Origin: Sulfolobus acidocaldarius DSM 639
Lineage (GTDB): Archaea; Thermoproteota; Thermoprotei_A; Sulfolobales; Sulfolobaceae
Direction: 5' to 3'
DNA length: 32,000 bases
Assembly: GCF_000012285.1 (NCBI RefSeq)
Contig: NC_007181.1
Coordinates: 90,001 to 122,000, forward strand
Shown: piece by piece, positions 1 through 11,616 of the stretch
Position numbering within the stretch: position 1 is the first letter of the stretch
Layout: the number at the start of each line of letters is the position of its first letter
The notes under the pieces: model-generated
The model's database searches: none
The model's input: the letters and a program-made list of their open reading frames with translations, nothing else
What the model was told of the DNA's origin: nothing
Program-made: the position numbers and the translations under genes

Positions 1-2
1 AA

Positions 3-632
3 TTGATTCCATATTTTAAGGAGAAATATCATGCTCAGAATGTTGTATTGATGGGCAAGTCTTCTGGTGGATATGGTGCTATGGTATTAGGCATGAAATA
101 TCCTAATATAATCTCGGGAATAGTTAACCATTCCGGCGATGCGTATTTCGAGTACATTTATATTCCAATGTTCCCTAAAGTTCTGAAGCACCTAAGGAAG
201 TTTAGCTCTCCAAAGGAATGGTTGAAGCATTTTTGGGAGAGGTCTGACAGGAAGAGAAAAGATCTACTTGATACGCTAACATTAGTTGCAATGTCTGCCT
301 TCTATTCTCCCCAGGATACGGATATATTGTTACCGTTTGAGTTAGAGACAGGAGAGATAAATTACAATATATGGAATATGTGGTTGGAAAAAGATCCTGT
401 TAGAATAGTGGATAAAATGTATGATAACCTGAGAAATCTTAAGTTGTTATACATAGATGTAGGGAATAAGGATGAATTCAAACTGGATATAGGTCTAAGG
501 ATATTGCATGAGAAATTAAACAAACATAGTGTAAATCACTTTTATGAAGAGTACGACGGTGGACATTTCAATATGAGTTTCAGATACGATATCTCTTTAT
601 CTTTAGTGTCAAGGGTGTTCAATAATAAATAA
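3..632 (+). CDS. alpha/beta-hydrolase / esterase-like protein, 5' part probably outside the window
   Basis: Nucleophile-elbow-like GKSSGGYGAM motif followed by KYPNIISGIVNHSGDAYF, and a late His in YDGGHFNMSF. The ORF starts at the window edge. Confidence 0.7.
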   Translation: MIPYFKEKYHAQNVVLMGKSSGGYGAMVLGMKYPNIISGIVNHSGDAYFEYIYIPMFPKVLKHLRKFSSPKEWLKHFWERSDRKRKDLLDTLTLVAMSAFYSPQDTDILLPFELETGEINYNIWNMWLEKDPVRIVDKMYDNLRNLKLLYIDVGNKDEFKLDIGLRILHEKLNKHSVNHFYEEYDGGHFNMSFRYDISLSLVSRVFNNK

Positions 633-952
633 ACACCATGTATCTACACTGAATATACAAACCGTGTTTGTCTATTTAGAGTAACTTTTATATATATAGA
701 AAATCTACTTGGAATATTAATTGCAAGATCTTTAGTGTAGTACCTAAGGTTTTATTAGTGCAAAAACATAAATGATCAACGTAGTAGTTTTAAGAAAAAT
801 CAAGGAGTTTATTTTTCACTTAAAAAGGAGATTAGAATAATTGTTCTTATGCATATACCTCAAATGACAAAATGGTCTCATTATGTATGGTTTATGGGTC
901 AAAATATGAGGTATTTGATAACCCTAGAAAGGAGCTCACAGTAAAATACGTT

Positions 953-1410
953 CTAGGTAAATTCGGTTAAACTTTTACACTCTCCTCCAAAGAATTCTTT
1001 CCAGTCTGAGCTAAAGTAAAACTTACAATCCACTTTTTCTCCTGCTAGGACTTTAGGTAACCATATCTTATCATCTTGCCACATTTCCTCGTACGGTGGT
1101 TCTTTGAGCCACATTGGTATACCTTCCTCACTTGCCCTTGGAATTCCCTCAAATTCTGTAACAAGATATACATGCATTAAATACTTTTCCTGACCGTAAA
1201 GAAATTCTATTTTACCTACTCTCTCTGACGAGAGGACTCTGATCCCCAACTCCTCGTAAAGTTCTCTTTCGACGCATTCTCTGGGTGTTTCTGTATCCCT
1301 TAATTTTCCTCCAGCTGAATTTATATAACCTGTTCCAATTCCTCTTAACTTTCTAATGAATAGAAAAAAATCTCCTCTTTTTACTACTCCTAAACATGTC
1401 TCCATGAATC

Positions 1411-1414
<4 letters not shown>
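953..1414 (-). CDS. Nudix hydrolase (8-oxo-dGTP / NTP pyrophosphohydrolase-like)
   Basis: Complete Nudix box GX5EX7REUXEEXGU: [23 protein letters not shown]. Confidence 0.92.
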
Positions 1415-2736
<1,322 letters not shown>

Positions 2737-2845
2737 TAATCTAAAGGGAATATATCCTTTGTGTTAGTAAACAGACTAACCAGGATAGATGGTTTAAGGG
2801 TGGTTATCTAGTTAGGATTTTATTTTGATTAATTTATTACTATGA

Positions 2846-3445
2846 TTGATGGTAACAGTAAAACGTTTTGAGATTGGAGATTATTTCACCAACTCATATT
2901 TGGTCATCGAGGAAGATGATTCAATACTCATAGACGTGGGTGGAGACCCCTCTGAGATCTTAGAATATGTTAGAACTAATAATATTAATCTTAAGGCAAT
3001 ACTTGCAACACACGGGCATTTTGACCATGTTATTGGGGTTCCGTTAATTCAGAGACACTTTAAAGTTCCCTTCTACATGAATAGAAAGGACGAAATAATA
3101 TTAAGATACGACAGTAGAACTAGAGAAATTAATGTGGATGGTGACTTGAAAGAAGGTGTTATTAATTTTGGGAAAATTTTGGTTAAAGTTATTGAAACAC
3201 CAGGACATACACTTGGAAGCGTATCGTTTATGATTGAAGACAACTTATTTACAGGTGATACTTTATTTAACGAGAACATAGGGAGATACGATTTAGGTGG
3301 AGACAGGGAATACCTAAAGAAAAGTTTACGTAGGCTAATGGATCTAGAGGATTTGCTTAACGTTTATCCTGGGCACGGATTCATAACTACACTAGGTTAT
3401 GAAAAGCTAAATAATCCTTTCCTAAATGGTGAGATAGACTGGTAG
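2846..3445 (+). CDS. MBL-fold metallo-hydrolase (glyoxalase II-like)
   Basis: THGHFDH metal-binding motif, ETPGHTLGSVSF, LFTGDTLF and VYPGHGFITT. Confidence 0.9.
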   Translation: MMVTVKRFEIGDYFTNSYLVIEEDDSILIDVGGDPSEILEYVRTNNINLKAILATHGHFDHVIGVPLIQRHFKVPFYMNRKDEIILRYDSRTREINVDGDLKEGVINFGKILVKVIETPGHTLGSVSFMIEDNLFTGDTLFNENIGRYDLGGDREYLKKSLRRLMDLEDLLNVYPGHGFITTLGYEKLNNPFLNGEIDW

Positions 3446-3481
3446 GATTAAGTTTAAATTTCATTCTATTCATTTAGTTTT

Positions 3482-4768
3482 GTGTTTCCAGGAGTATTTG
3501 AGCATTTACTGTATCAGTATACTTCAGCGATTCTCAGTGTTGGTTTCCTTATATTCAACGGTCTATTTGCTGTAATATATAATCCTAAAAAAGTTGTAGG
3601 AATTAAAGGTGACCCTGATTACACTTTTACAGATATAACTGTACTCATTCCTGTGTATAATGAAGTAGAGGACATATTTAGAAAAGTGATCAAGTCAGTT
3701 TCTAGTATGGGTTTAAAGTTCGTAGTAGTAGGAGATGGAGTTGATCAGCCATATAGGGCAATTACAGAACAGAACGGCGGTATTTTTATACGATTGGAAG
3801 AAAGAAGGGGAAAGAGATTTGCGTTATCGGAAGGCATGAGATATATAGATACAAGGCTGGTGTTATTGCTCGATAGCGATACTTTCATAGATAAAAGATC
3901 GTTGGAAAGGATGCTAAGCTATATGGCAGAAGACGTAGGTGGTGTCTCACCTAGCATAAGGGTCTGGAACAATGGAAAGATATCATACTATTATGCTAAT
4001 TTTTATGAGATTATGAGCGAAATAGTGAATAGAGCTACAAGTTATTTTGGAAGAACTATAATTCTCAGCGGGCAATGTGTATTATATAAAACGTCAGCCA
4101 TAAGGAACTATGTGATGTCGAACGATTTCACTAGTTCTAAGATATTCAATATTTCTTTGAAGATATCTGATGATAGAGATTTAACGGAGTATATTATAGA
4201 AAGAGGGTACAAGGCGATAAAAGCAATTGATGCAATTGCATATACGAAACCTCCAGAAAATTTATCACAGTTTGTTAAACAGGTAGTAAGGTGGACTAGA
4301 GCAAACTATCTGTTCTTCCTGCGATCATTGAGGGATGGAAGTTTAAGTCTCAGGGGAAATCTATACGTATTCGACATCATATATATGAATTTTCTGCCTA
4401 TCTTGGTGATATTCTCCCTAATTCCTCTTCAATATCCTCGTTTTGATATATTTAACACACTTTCAGCCTCAATTACCTCTCTAGAAAGATTGGATATTTT
4501 CCAATTAATTTTAGGTATCCCCATCAGAGCACATTTACCTCCCTTTGATTTCGTTCTTGTATTTATTTTACCGAGAGTACTGAGTATTATAGGTGGTGTA
4601 ACATTTCTATTGGTTATGATAAAAATTATGGAAAAAGAAAGGGGGAAAACTTTGATGTATGGTGTTATAGCATTAATTGTTCAGTCGTTGGCATCGTTCT
4701 ATTCCATAGCTAGTATGTGGAAACAGAGTTGGTCTTCTAGAGAGAAAAATCGTAAATCTAAGAAATGA
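3482..4768 (+). CDS. membrane family 2 glycosyltransferase
   Basis: GTG start. ITVLIPVYNEVED, LLLDSDTFID (DXD-like), QVVRWTRANYLF (QxxRW) and C-terminal hydrophobic segments. Confidence 0.88.
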   Translation: MFPGVFEHLLYQYTSAILSVGFLIFNGLFAVIYNPKKVVGIKGDPDYTFTDITVLIPVYNEVEDIFRKVIKSVSSMGLKFVVVGDGVDQPYRAITEQNGGIFIRLEERRGKRFALSEGMRYIDTRLVLLLDSDTFIDKRSLERMLSYMAEDVGGVSPSIRVWNNGKISYYYANFYEIMSEIVNRATSYFGRTIILSGQCVLYKTSAIRNYVMSNDFTSSKIFNISLKISDDRDLTEYIIERGYKAIKAIDAIAYTKPPENLSQFVKQVVRWTRANYLFFLRSLRDGSLSLRGNLYVFDIIYMNFLPILVIFSLIPLQYPRFDIFNTLSASITSLERLDIFQLILGIPIRAHLPPFDFVLVFILPRVLSIIGGVTFLLVMIKIMEKERGKTLMYGVIALIVQSLASFYSIASMWKQSWSSREKNRKSKK

Positions 4769-4859
4769 ATCCAAATCTTGCTCAATTTTAATGTCTTGTG
4801 GTTTTGTTTCAGTATTTTTAGTACTAATTCTTTTAACTTAAGGTACGTCCAGAATTAGT

Positions 4860-7319
4860 GTGGGGAAGTCACCATTCATTATGTTTTTGGTAATTGCTAT
4901 CATACTTTCGCCGATAGTGCTGATGATTCAAAACAATTTCGTATACTCAGACTCTCCCTTCTTAACACCTCAATATTCCAGTGTAAGAGTTGATCAAATT
5001 TTAGTTAAAGATTTTAATTACTCGTCAAATGATAACATTTACATAATAGCGTCAGGAAATTATTCACAGATATTAGATAAACTAAACAACTCATTGCACT
5101 ACCTCTCTCCCGACTCCAAATTAATTACACCATATGAATACCTTAAAATGTTTAATGAAACATTACAAAATTATTCTAAACCGTTAATAGAGGAAATTTA
5201 CAATAAAATATTGCCACTCCACTATCTATATGGAAATCTTACCTTTGAGAAGTTGATTATTCTATCGAACTTCACGTATTTCATGTACCAATTGAACGTA
5301 TCTTATGGAATTCCTCAAGGAAAATTTAACTCTAGTAGTACCCAGGCAGTACTCTTTAAGCAAATCTTTTTCGCACAGCCTGGTTCATTGCTTGAAAAAG
5401 CCAGGAATGCTAGTCTATATGTTTTCCGTGATCCCTTTATATTATTATTTTCTTTCATGAACTATAGTAACACATCACTTGCTTACAGGACTATTATGAA
5501 TTTCAGTAATTACTCATATCTTATTTACTTATTGACAGGTAAAAGTATACCTGAGGTTGCCCTAGAAAACCCTTATGTGTATTCAGAGAAGTTAGTTTAC
5601 AGTAAAGTCAACACTTCAGGTTTATCTATTTCTAATTTTCATAAGGGTGATCAGTGGTTATTTATAGTACAAGTTCCGTCAAACGAAAGTTTACAGAATA
5701 TTGAAAACTTTATCTCCAGCATTAATTACACAGTTACCGGTCACCTACCAGTTTATGCAGATTCTGCATCAACCACGGAGTCAGATTTACGGGTAATTGA
5801 TATTGTAACTATTTTACTGGTCGCAATTCTCTTATCTGTTTTAATTAGGGCATTAGTACCGATAATCCTCCTCATTATCAGTGCGGTTATAGGTTTAGAA
5901 ATAGCATACACTGCATTATACATATCCACCTTTCTAGGTTATTCCATATACTATATTTCTGGTCTGGTTATTCCACCAATAGTGTTTGGGATTACCATAG
6001 ATTACTCAGTACTATTTTTATATAGATATTTTGAGGAGGTATCCAAAGGCAGTACGTTTCCATTAGATAAAGCTTATAGGAATGCTAGAAGAGCAATTCT
6101 CTTCAGTGGATTAAGTATAGGCTTAGGTTTCTTATCATTTCTTATATCTCCTTCTCCTTTGCTTAAAAATATAGGAATAGCATTAGTTATAGCTAGCTTA
6201 TCTGCACTAATCCCGTCTATTCTCTTTATGAAGAGTTCTCTAAGTGTAGTGTCCATCAAGTACTTGAAGTTTCCTAGAAAGCAATTACCAAGTTCTATTG
6301 ATATAAGACAACAGTACCTTTCTAAGGTAAGTAGAAAATCAATAAACTATCGATATATTGTATTAGCCTCAATGATTCTTATTGCAATATTCAGTTATTT
6401 CGTTTTTATTCACGGGAGTACGAATGGTGACATAAGTGAGATCGTATCACCAAACAGCAAAGTGTTAGTGGGAGAAAAAGAGTTAAATAATTTCTTCAAT
6501 TACAGCGTGGATTACGTTATAATAAGAGGGAACCCAAATCAGTCATACAGTCAAATCTACAGCCTATCTAAATATGTAATAGATAAAGGTGGCTTCGTAA
6601 TAGGACCAGCTGGTATAGGTAGAACTCTCTTAAATACTACCACAGAATTGACTAACTTCTTCTTTGCAGGCAATTACACACTTGTTGAGATTTATATCTC
6701 ATCTCCTGTGTTCAGTAATCAAGCCATAAATTTCACTGAAAACCTTATAAAGATGGGTTACCTTGTGGGAGGAGCTAATGCGGAGAGGGTAGATATAATT
6801 GATAATACCGTATCGATTTACTATAGCTTCGTACTACCTGTAACTATATTAATTATCACACTTTATCTTGGTCTTGTTTTAGGTTCTATCATAGTTCCAA
6901 TAAGGCTTTCACTAACACTCCTCCTAAGTTCATTATTTGGTGTTGCTCTACTCCACATAATATTTGGTAGTGTGTATTGGTTATCTCCACTCATAGTCTT
7001 TGCAATAATGTATAGTTTAGGTATTGACTACGATATGTTCATAATAGTCAGGATCCTAGAGGAAGAGGGTAATGAAGAGGAACGTATTGTTAAAAGTGTG
7101 GAAAGTACTGGTCTTGCGGTTACTGCTGCAGGTCTCATTTTAGCAGGTGCGTTTATGTCCTTAGTTGTGTCAAATATGAGATTCTTACAGGAGATTGGTC
7201 TAGCGGTTGGTTTAACTATATTATTTGACACCTTTATAGTAAGACCGATACTTGTACCAGCAGTTATGAGTATACTTAAAAAATATAATTGGTGGCCAAA
7301 AACTAAAACCAAGAGCTAA
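4860..7319 (+). CDS. MMPL/RND-family transporter
   Basis: About 12 TM pattern in two halves, with conserved FGITIDYSVLFLYRYFEE and SLGIDYDMFIIVRILEE (Asp in a mid-TM helix) and large extracytoplasmic loops. Confidence 0.88.
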   Translation: MGKSPFIMFLVIAIILSPIVLMIQNNFVYSDSPFLTPQYSSVRVDQILVKDFNYSSNDNIYIIASGNYSQILDKLNNSLHYLSPDSKLITPYEYLKMFNETLQNYSKPLIEEIYNKILPLHYLYGNLTFEKLIILSNFTYFMYQLNVSYGIPQGKFNSSSTQAVLFKQIFFAQPGSLLEKARNASLYVFRDPFILLFSFMNYSNTSLAYRTIMNFSNYSYLIYLLTGKSIPEVALENPYVYSEKLVYSKVNTSGLSISNFHKGDQWLFIVQVPSNESLQNIENFISSINYTVTGHLPVYADSASTTESDLRVIDIVTILLVAILLSVLIRALVPIILLIISAVIGLEIAYTALYISTFLGYSIYYISGLVIPPIVFGITIDYSVLFLYRYFEEVSKGSTFPLDKAYRNARRAILFSGLSIGLGFLSFLISPSPLLKNIGIALVIASLSALIPSILFMKSSLSVVSIKYLKFPRKQLPSSIDIRQQYLSKVSRKSINYRYIVLASMILIAIFSYFVFIHGSTNGDISEIVSPNSKVLVGEKELNNFFNYSVDYVIIRGNPNQSYSQIYSLSKYVIDKGGFVIGPAGIGRTLLNTTTELTNFFFAGNYTLVEIYISSPVFSNQAINFTENLIKMGYLVGGANAERVDIIDNTVSIYYSFVLPVTILIITLYLGLVLGSIIVPIRLSLTLLLSSLFGVALLHIIFGSVYWLSPLIVFAIMYSLGIDYDMFIIVRILEEEGNEEERIVKSVESTGLAVTAAGLILAGAFMSLVVSNMRFLQEIGLAVGLTILFDTFIVRPILVPAVMSILKKYNWWPKTKTKS

Positions 7320-7380
7320 AACTTGTGATGAGCCTTACAAGGGCTGAGCTATGATGTCCTGGATCCTTGCTGATAGTTTT
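7318..7380 (+). ncRNA. C/D box sRNA (2'-O-methylation guide)
   Basis: C box GTGATGA 7325-7331, 12-nt guide GCCTTACAAGGG, D' box CTGA 7344-7347, C' box ATGATGT 7351-7357, 12-nt guide CCTGGATCCTTG, D box CTGA 7370-7373. Flanked by complementary AAAACT (7318-7323) and AGTTTT (7375-7380). Confidence 0.87.
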
Positions 7381-7396
7381 AATTTTTAGCCGAATA

Positions 7397-9625
7397 TTGT
7401 ATATTGGATTGATAAATACTATCAATTTTAATGAGGAATTTAGAAAAGCTTCAAACTACAACTATAGGCTTTTGAGCATTCATCTAGGTAATTGGGAAAA
7501 ATCGACATTCGATTTGTTACGGGTTTATAAGGAATTCAGGGAACCTGAGAAAGCATTGTATGCTTTTCACCCTTGGATAGAAGGTGCGAAAGATAGATTC
7601 TTTAAATTCAAGAAATATATCCCCAATCTCCTTGACCTGGATTACAGTAACTACGGCAAGATATTGGGAGGAACATATGATGTGGTCATATTAGACTTAA
7701 TGGATGACTTTAGACCCAATTATATTTCCGCACTTGTGGATTTAGTGAGGGGAGGAGGTTTAATAATAATGTACTCCGATGATCTCCAAAGAAACAAGCT
7801 TTACAAGAACTCCATCCAGAGGAACGGCATTGTGGACAATTATTTTGAGGAGAGGTTTCTTAGAATGGCTAAGTCTTATCCTGGGGTATTTCTCTTCGTC
7901 AACGATAACCTGGAAAGCTTTAACACATTTAAGACGGAGCAGCTTTCTATTATTAATTCCAAGTTAAATCCTAGAAAATCTATTATTAATTCTAAGTTAT
8001 ATAGCCTATGTTTGACCGATGATCAGGCGAAGGTCTTAGACGAGTCTCTGTTTATCTTGGAAGATGGAAGAAGAGTGTTAACCATCACTGCTCCAAGGGG
8101 AAGGGGTAAAAGCTCTTCTATAGGTTTATTCCTCTCACATTTGAGTACTCTTAACATCTCTTTAGATATCATTATAACTTCTCCTTCGTATTATTCCTCG
8201 ATAGAAATTATTTCTTTTCTGATAAAGGGTTTGGATCAGTTAGGTAAAAGATATTCCATAACTAGGTCTAGAGATGGCAAAGTAATGGGTATCATGTCTG
8301 GAGCTTTAAGAGTGAAATGGTTAGCCCCAGATGTGGCAAAAGATTATCAAGGAGATATAATAGTAGTAGACGAAGCCGCATCAATAGGCACTGAGACTTT
8401 AGATTATATAGTTAGAAGTTGGGAGAAAGTAATTCTCGTGACCACAATTCACGGATATGAGGGTACGGGCAAAGCCTTCTTAAAGTATCTTAATGGTCTT
8501 AGAGAGGATAAAAGTATAAAGTTTAAACATGTGACTTTAGAGAAACCTATAAGGTATGCTAAGGGAGACCCGATAGAGAGATTTATTTATGACGTTATGC
8601 TTCTAGATGCAGAACCTAAAAAAGAGAATGAAAACTTAGAATTCACAGAAATCGATAGAAAAGAACTATTTGAAAAGGATCATCTATTAAGGCAGGTTTA
8701 CGGAATTCTTGTCTCTGCACATTATAGGAATTCCCCAGACGACCTAATGATACTAGGAGATCATCATTTTCAACGTATTTTCTCATTAGGAAAGATTGCA
8801 GTTGCACAGGTTATAGAAGAGGGTGCACTGGAGAAAGGAGAAATAGATAGAATTTTGAATGGTAGTGGATTAGAAGGACATCTAATTCCTTATAAGCTTA
8901 CGCTATATGAGAGACTTCAGGAATTTGGAAAGTATAAGGGTTGGCGTATAATGAGAATTGCGGTTCAACCAGATGTTCAAAACAAGGGATTTGGTAGTAA
9001 ATTATTGAGGAGTGTGGTGGAGAGAGGTAAAAGAGAGGGTATTGATTGGATAGGCGCATCCTTTGTGGCTGATTATAGAGTAGTGAACTTCTGGCTTAAT
9101 AATGGTTTCACTCCTGTACATTTATCTAACAGAAAAAATGAAGGTCTTAACGGATATTCTATCGTAGTACTTAAAGCACTGAATGAGGCTATAGAGCCTA
9201 TAATTAACAGATTATCAGTATTACTCAGGTTTAAGATTTTGCATACAGCTCACCAGTTATACTTTAACGTTAATCCTCTTTTGCTCTCAAAAATCCTGAG
9301 GGGGACTAATATTGACAGTAAATCGTCTAACTATCCTGTAAGTTTCCCCAAGGAGTATTGTTATAAAATAGAATCCTATTTGAAGGGAATACTGGAATAT
9401 AATAGTGTTGCAGATGGAATTCACGCTGTTACTCAGTATTATTTTCTTTATCCAGATCACTTCTTGGAAGAAAGAGAGGAAGCAGTTTTAATAGCTAGGA
9501 CACTTCAGGGCAAAAGCTGGCATCATATTTCATTAAGTACTGGAATAGACAGGAGAGTAGTTGAAGAATACATGAGATCTTCTATAGACAAGATATATAT
9601 GAAATATTGTGATAGAGTGTTGTGA
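7397..9625 (+). CDS. tmcA: tRNA(Met) cytidine acetyltransferase TmcA (ORF called from TTG 7367; TTG 7397 or 7409 more likely)
   Basis: Walker A-like TAPRGRGKSSSIG, IVVDEAASIGTETLD, GNAT-like RIAVQPDVQNKGFGSKLLRSVV and WIGASFVADYRVVNFWLNNGF. The called TTG start lies inside the sRNA guide / D box region. Confidence 0.93.
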   Translation: MYIGLINTINFNEEFRKASNYNYRLLSIHLGNWEKSTFDLLRVYKEFREPEKALYAFHPWIEGAKDRFFKFKKYIPNLLDLDYSNYGKILGGTYDVVILDLMDDFRPNYISALVDLVRGGGLIIMYSDDLQRNKLYKNSIQRNGIVDNYFEERFLRMAKSYPGVFLFVNDNLESFNTFKTEQLSIINSKLNPRKSIINSKLYSLCLTDDQAKVLDESLFILEDGRRVLTITAPRGRGKSSSIGLFLSHLSTLNISLDIIITSPSYYSSIEIISFLIKGLDQLGKRYSITRSRDGKVMGIMSGALRVKWLAPDVAKDYQGDIIVVDEAASIGTETLDYIVRSWEKVILVTTIHGYEGTGKAFLKYLNGLREDKSIKFKHVTLEKPIRYAKGDPIERFIYDVMLLDAEPKKENENLEFTEIDRKELFEKDHLLRQVYGILVSAHYRNSPDDLMILGDHHFQRIFSLGKIAVAQVIEEGALEKGEIDRILNGSGLEGHLIPYKLTLYERLQEFGKYKGWRIMRIAVQPDVQNKGFGSKLLRSVVERGKREGIDWIGASFVADYRVVNFWLNNGFTPVHLSNRKNEGLNGYSIVVLKALNEAIEPIINRLSVLLRFKILHTAHQLYFNVNPLLLSKILRGTNIDSKSSNYPVSFPKEYCYKIESYLKGILEYNSVADGIHAVTQYYFLYPDHFLEEREEAVLIARTLQGKSWHHISLSTGIDRRVVEEYMRSSIDKIYMKYCDRVL

Positions 9626-9662
9626 TAAGATTTATTTCATTCTGAAGTGATATTAAGTCTCA

Positions 9663-10643
9663 ATGAGACTCATATCTAAACTAATATTAATTTATTTCAT
9701 TATAGAATTAGCTATATTTATTGGTGTCTCCTCGATACCTTATAATAATCCAGCCCTAGTGCAGGAGTACAACTCAATGGAAAGTGGAATTTATTCCATG
9801 CCATACTTTAGTCAGGTAATTGAAATATTCTCTCATAACCTGTTAATAGCCACAATAGATTTCATCCCTGTTGTCGGTGCAATATTCTTTGGCATATCTA
9901 TTGGTCAGACTGCATATTTATTAAGCGTAGTTGCTACCAGCCGGAATGTGCCATCCTTTTTAGTTGCAATAGCACTCTTAACACTTCCTCACTCTGCTGT
10001 CGAATTACCAACTTATGCAATAGCAGTGGCTGCTGGTACGTATGTTATTGTAAAACGAAAGGATTGGAAAAGATATCTCCTCATGTATCCACTCATACCT
10101 ATTGAACTTTTCCTGGCTGCCCTTATTGAGTCCGCAATAATTACATATACAGGATTTAACCCATACGCATTATGGCCTGCATCCATAGGATCGTTACTTT
10201 TAGTATATTTTCTCTATCAAAGGATTCAGAAGTTTGCGGAATCATTAATTAAAACACAAAATATGCAACCTGTCTTAGCTGGAACATCAGCTTTAGGAAG
10301 TGTTCCTATTTATGCCTCTTATTATAATAATTTTAAGAACGTTATGTCACAGGCTATTCAGTACGAAGTTAGATCCGATTTCATTAACGCTGTGAACAAC
10401 TACTGGTTAGCTGTGATCTTTCTCATAGACGCCATAGCAACAAAAATGAATATGCCTTATTACACCAAACAAGATTTGGATAATGTTATAAGCTATCTAT
10501 CGCAGAGAGAGCCTGGATTATTTGACGACTATAATAGAGCTTTTCAGTACAAACTGAGTAATGACATACCACAGTTTCTACAGACAGTCAAAATTCTTAT
10601 TCCTAGACTAGATAGAATTTATGTGAGTCTACAGAATTTCTAA
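9663..10643 (+). CDS. stage II sporulation protein M-like (SpoIIM/DUF95) membrane protein
   Basis: Hydrophobic protein with VIEIFSHNLLIATIDFIPVVGAIFFG and LTLPHSAVELPTYAIAVAAGTYV, typical of archaeal SpoIIM-like proteins. Confidence 0.75.
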   Translation: MRLISKLILIYFIIELAIFIGVSSIPYNNPALVQEYNSMESGIYSMPYFSQVIEIFSHNLLIATIDFIPVVGAIFFGISIGQTAYLLSVVATSRNVPSFLVAIALLTLPHSAVELPTYAIAVAAGTYVIVKRKDWKRYLLMYPLIPIELFLAALIESAIITYTGFNPYALWPASIGSLLLVYFLYQRIQKFAESLIKTQNMQPVLAGTSALGSVPIYASYYNNFKNVMSQAIQYEVRSDFINAVNNYWLAVIFLIDAIATKMNMPYYTKQDLDNVISYLSQREPGLFDDYNRAFQYKLSNDIPQFLQTVKILIPRLDRIYVSLQNF

Positions 10644-11354
10644 ATAAACAGGGTAATGGTCTGATCCTTCTATTTTAATTATCTTACTATCTTTAATCCT
10701 ATCCTTGATTTCACTAGATACGATACAGTAGTCTATTCTCATTGCTTTCCATTTCTCCAGGTAACTTCTCCAGGAATATTCTATTTTATTTCCGTTTATA
10801 AACCTATAAGTATCTACAAAATCTGTGGACAATATTTTGTTTATCCAACCTCTCTCCTCACTCGTTAACCCTGGTTCCTTCTCGTCCCAAAAAGTTGAAT
10901 CTATTTTGTCCCTTGCCACATTTAAGTCTCCACAGAGTATTACTGGCTTTCTCTTTCTCAGTTCTAACATAAACTTCTCGATCTCCAAATCGAATTTAAT
11001 CTTATAATCTAGTCTATTTAGATCGTCTCCTGCCCTTGGAAAGTAGGCATTTATGATAAAATAATCATCGAGCTCTATTGTTAGCACTCTTCCCTCTTCA
11101 TCGAACTCATTTATGCCCAGTCCCTTGATTACTGACAATGGCTTAATTTTAGAGATAGTTAGGACTCCGCTATAGCCTTTTTTCTTTGAGGGAAAGGGAA
11201 ATAAATTACTTCCACTCAGAGCTATATCAAGTGGTATCTCATTTGTCCTAATTTCCTGGAGCATGATTACGTCATAATCATTAATTACCGGTTGTAGGGC
11301 TCCCTTACGCAATATTGCTTTTATTCCATTTACATTCCATGAAAGTATTTTCAT
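10629..11354 (-). CDS. xthA: exodeoxyribonuclease III (AP endonuclease)
   Basis: LSWNVNGIKAILRKG, YDVIMLQEIRT, LCGDLNVARDKID, WRSYLEKWKAMRIDYCIVS and EGSDHYPV. Confidence 0.95.
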   Translation of the reverse strand: MKILSWNVNGIKAILRKGALQPVINDYDVIMLQEIRTNEIPLDIALSGSNLFPFPSKKKGYSGVLTISKIKPLSVIKGLGINEFDEEGRVLTIELDDYFIINAYFPRAGDDLNRLDYKIKFDLEIEKFMLELRKRKPVILCGDLNVARDKIDSTFWDEKEPGLTSEERGWINKILSTDFVDTYRFINGNKIEYSWRSYLEKWKAMRIDYCIVSSEIKDRIKDSKIIKIEGSDHYPVYLEIL

Positions 11355-11616
11355 TGGTTGAAGATTTTATATGAGGACTTAAAAATGGTTAGGCAATTGC
11401 GAGTACTTTAAAAAATACACTGAGTAAGTGAGACCCAACTTGTAAATTTGGCAAAAACATAAGGATATAATTTCTATTTACTATCAGCCTGGAATAAAAG
11501 TAAGTAAGGCGGAAAGTTAGAAGTACTTTCCGCAAAGTTTGAGGTTAATACTCTTAAAATACCTGAGAAAAGTTTTGTCTAAAACTTTTTAGTTACGCCT
11601 TTATTCTGTTATAATT

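Noticed and set aside
872-970. 32-aa plus-strand [35 protein letters not shown] overlapping the Nudix gene 3' end
   Set aside because: Too short and without recognisable motif. It could be a remnant or chance ORF, but I cannot support it.
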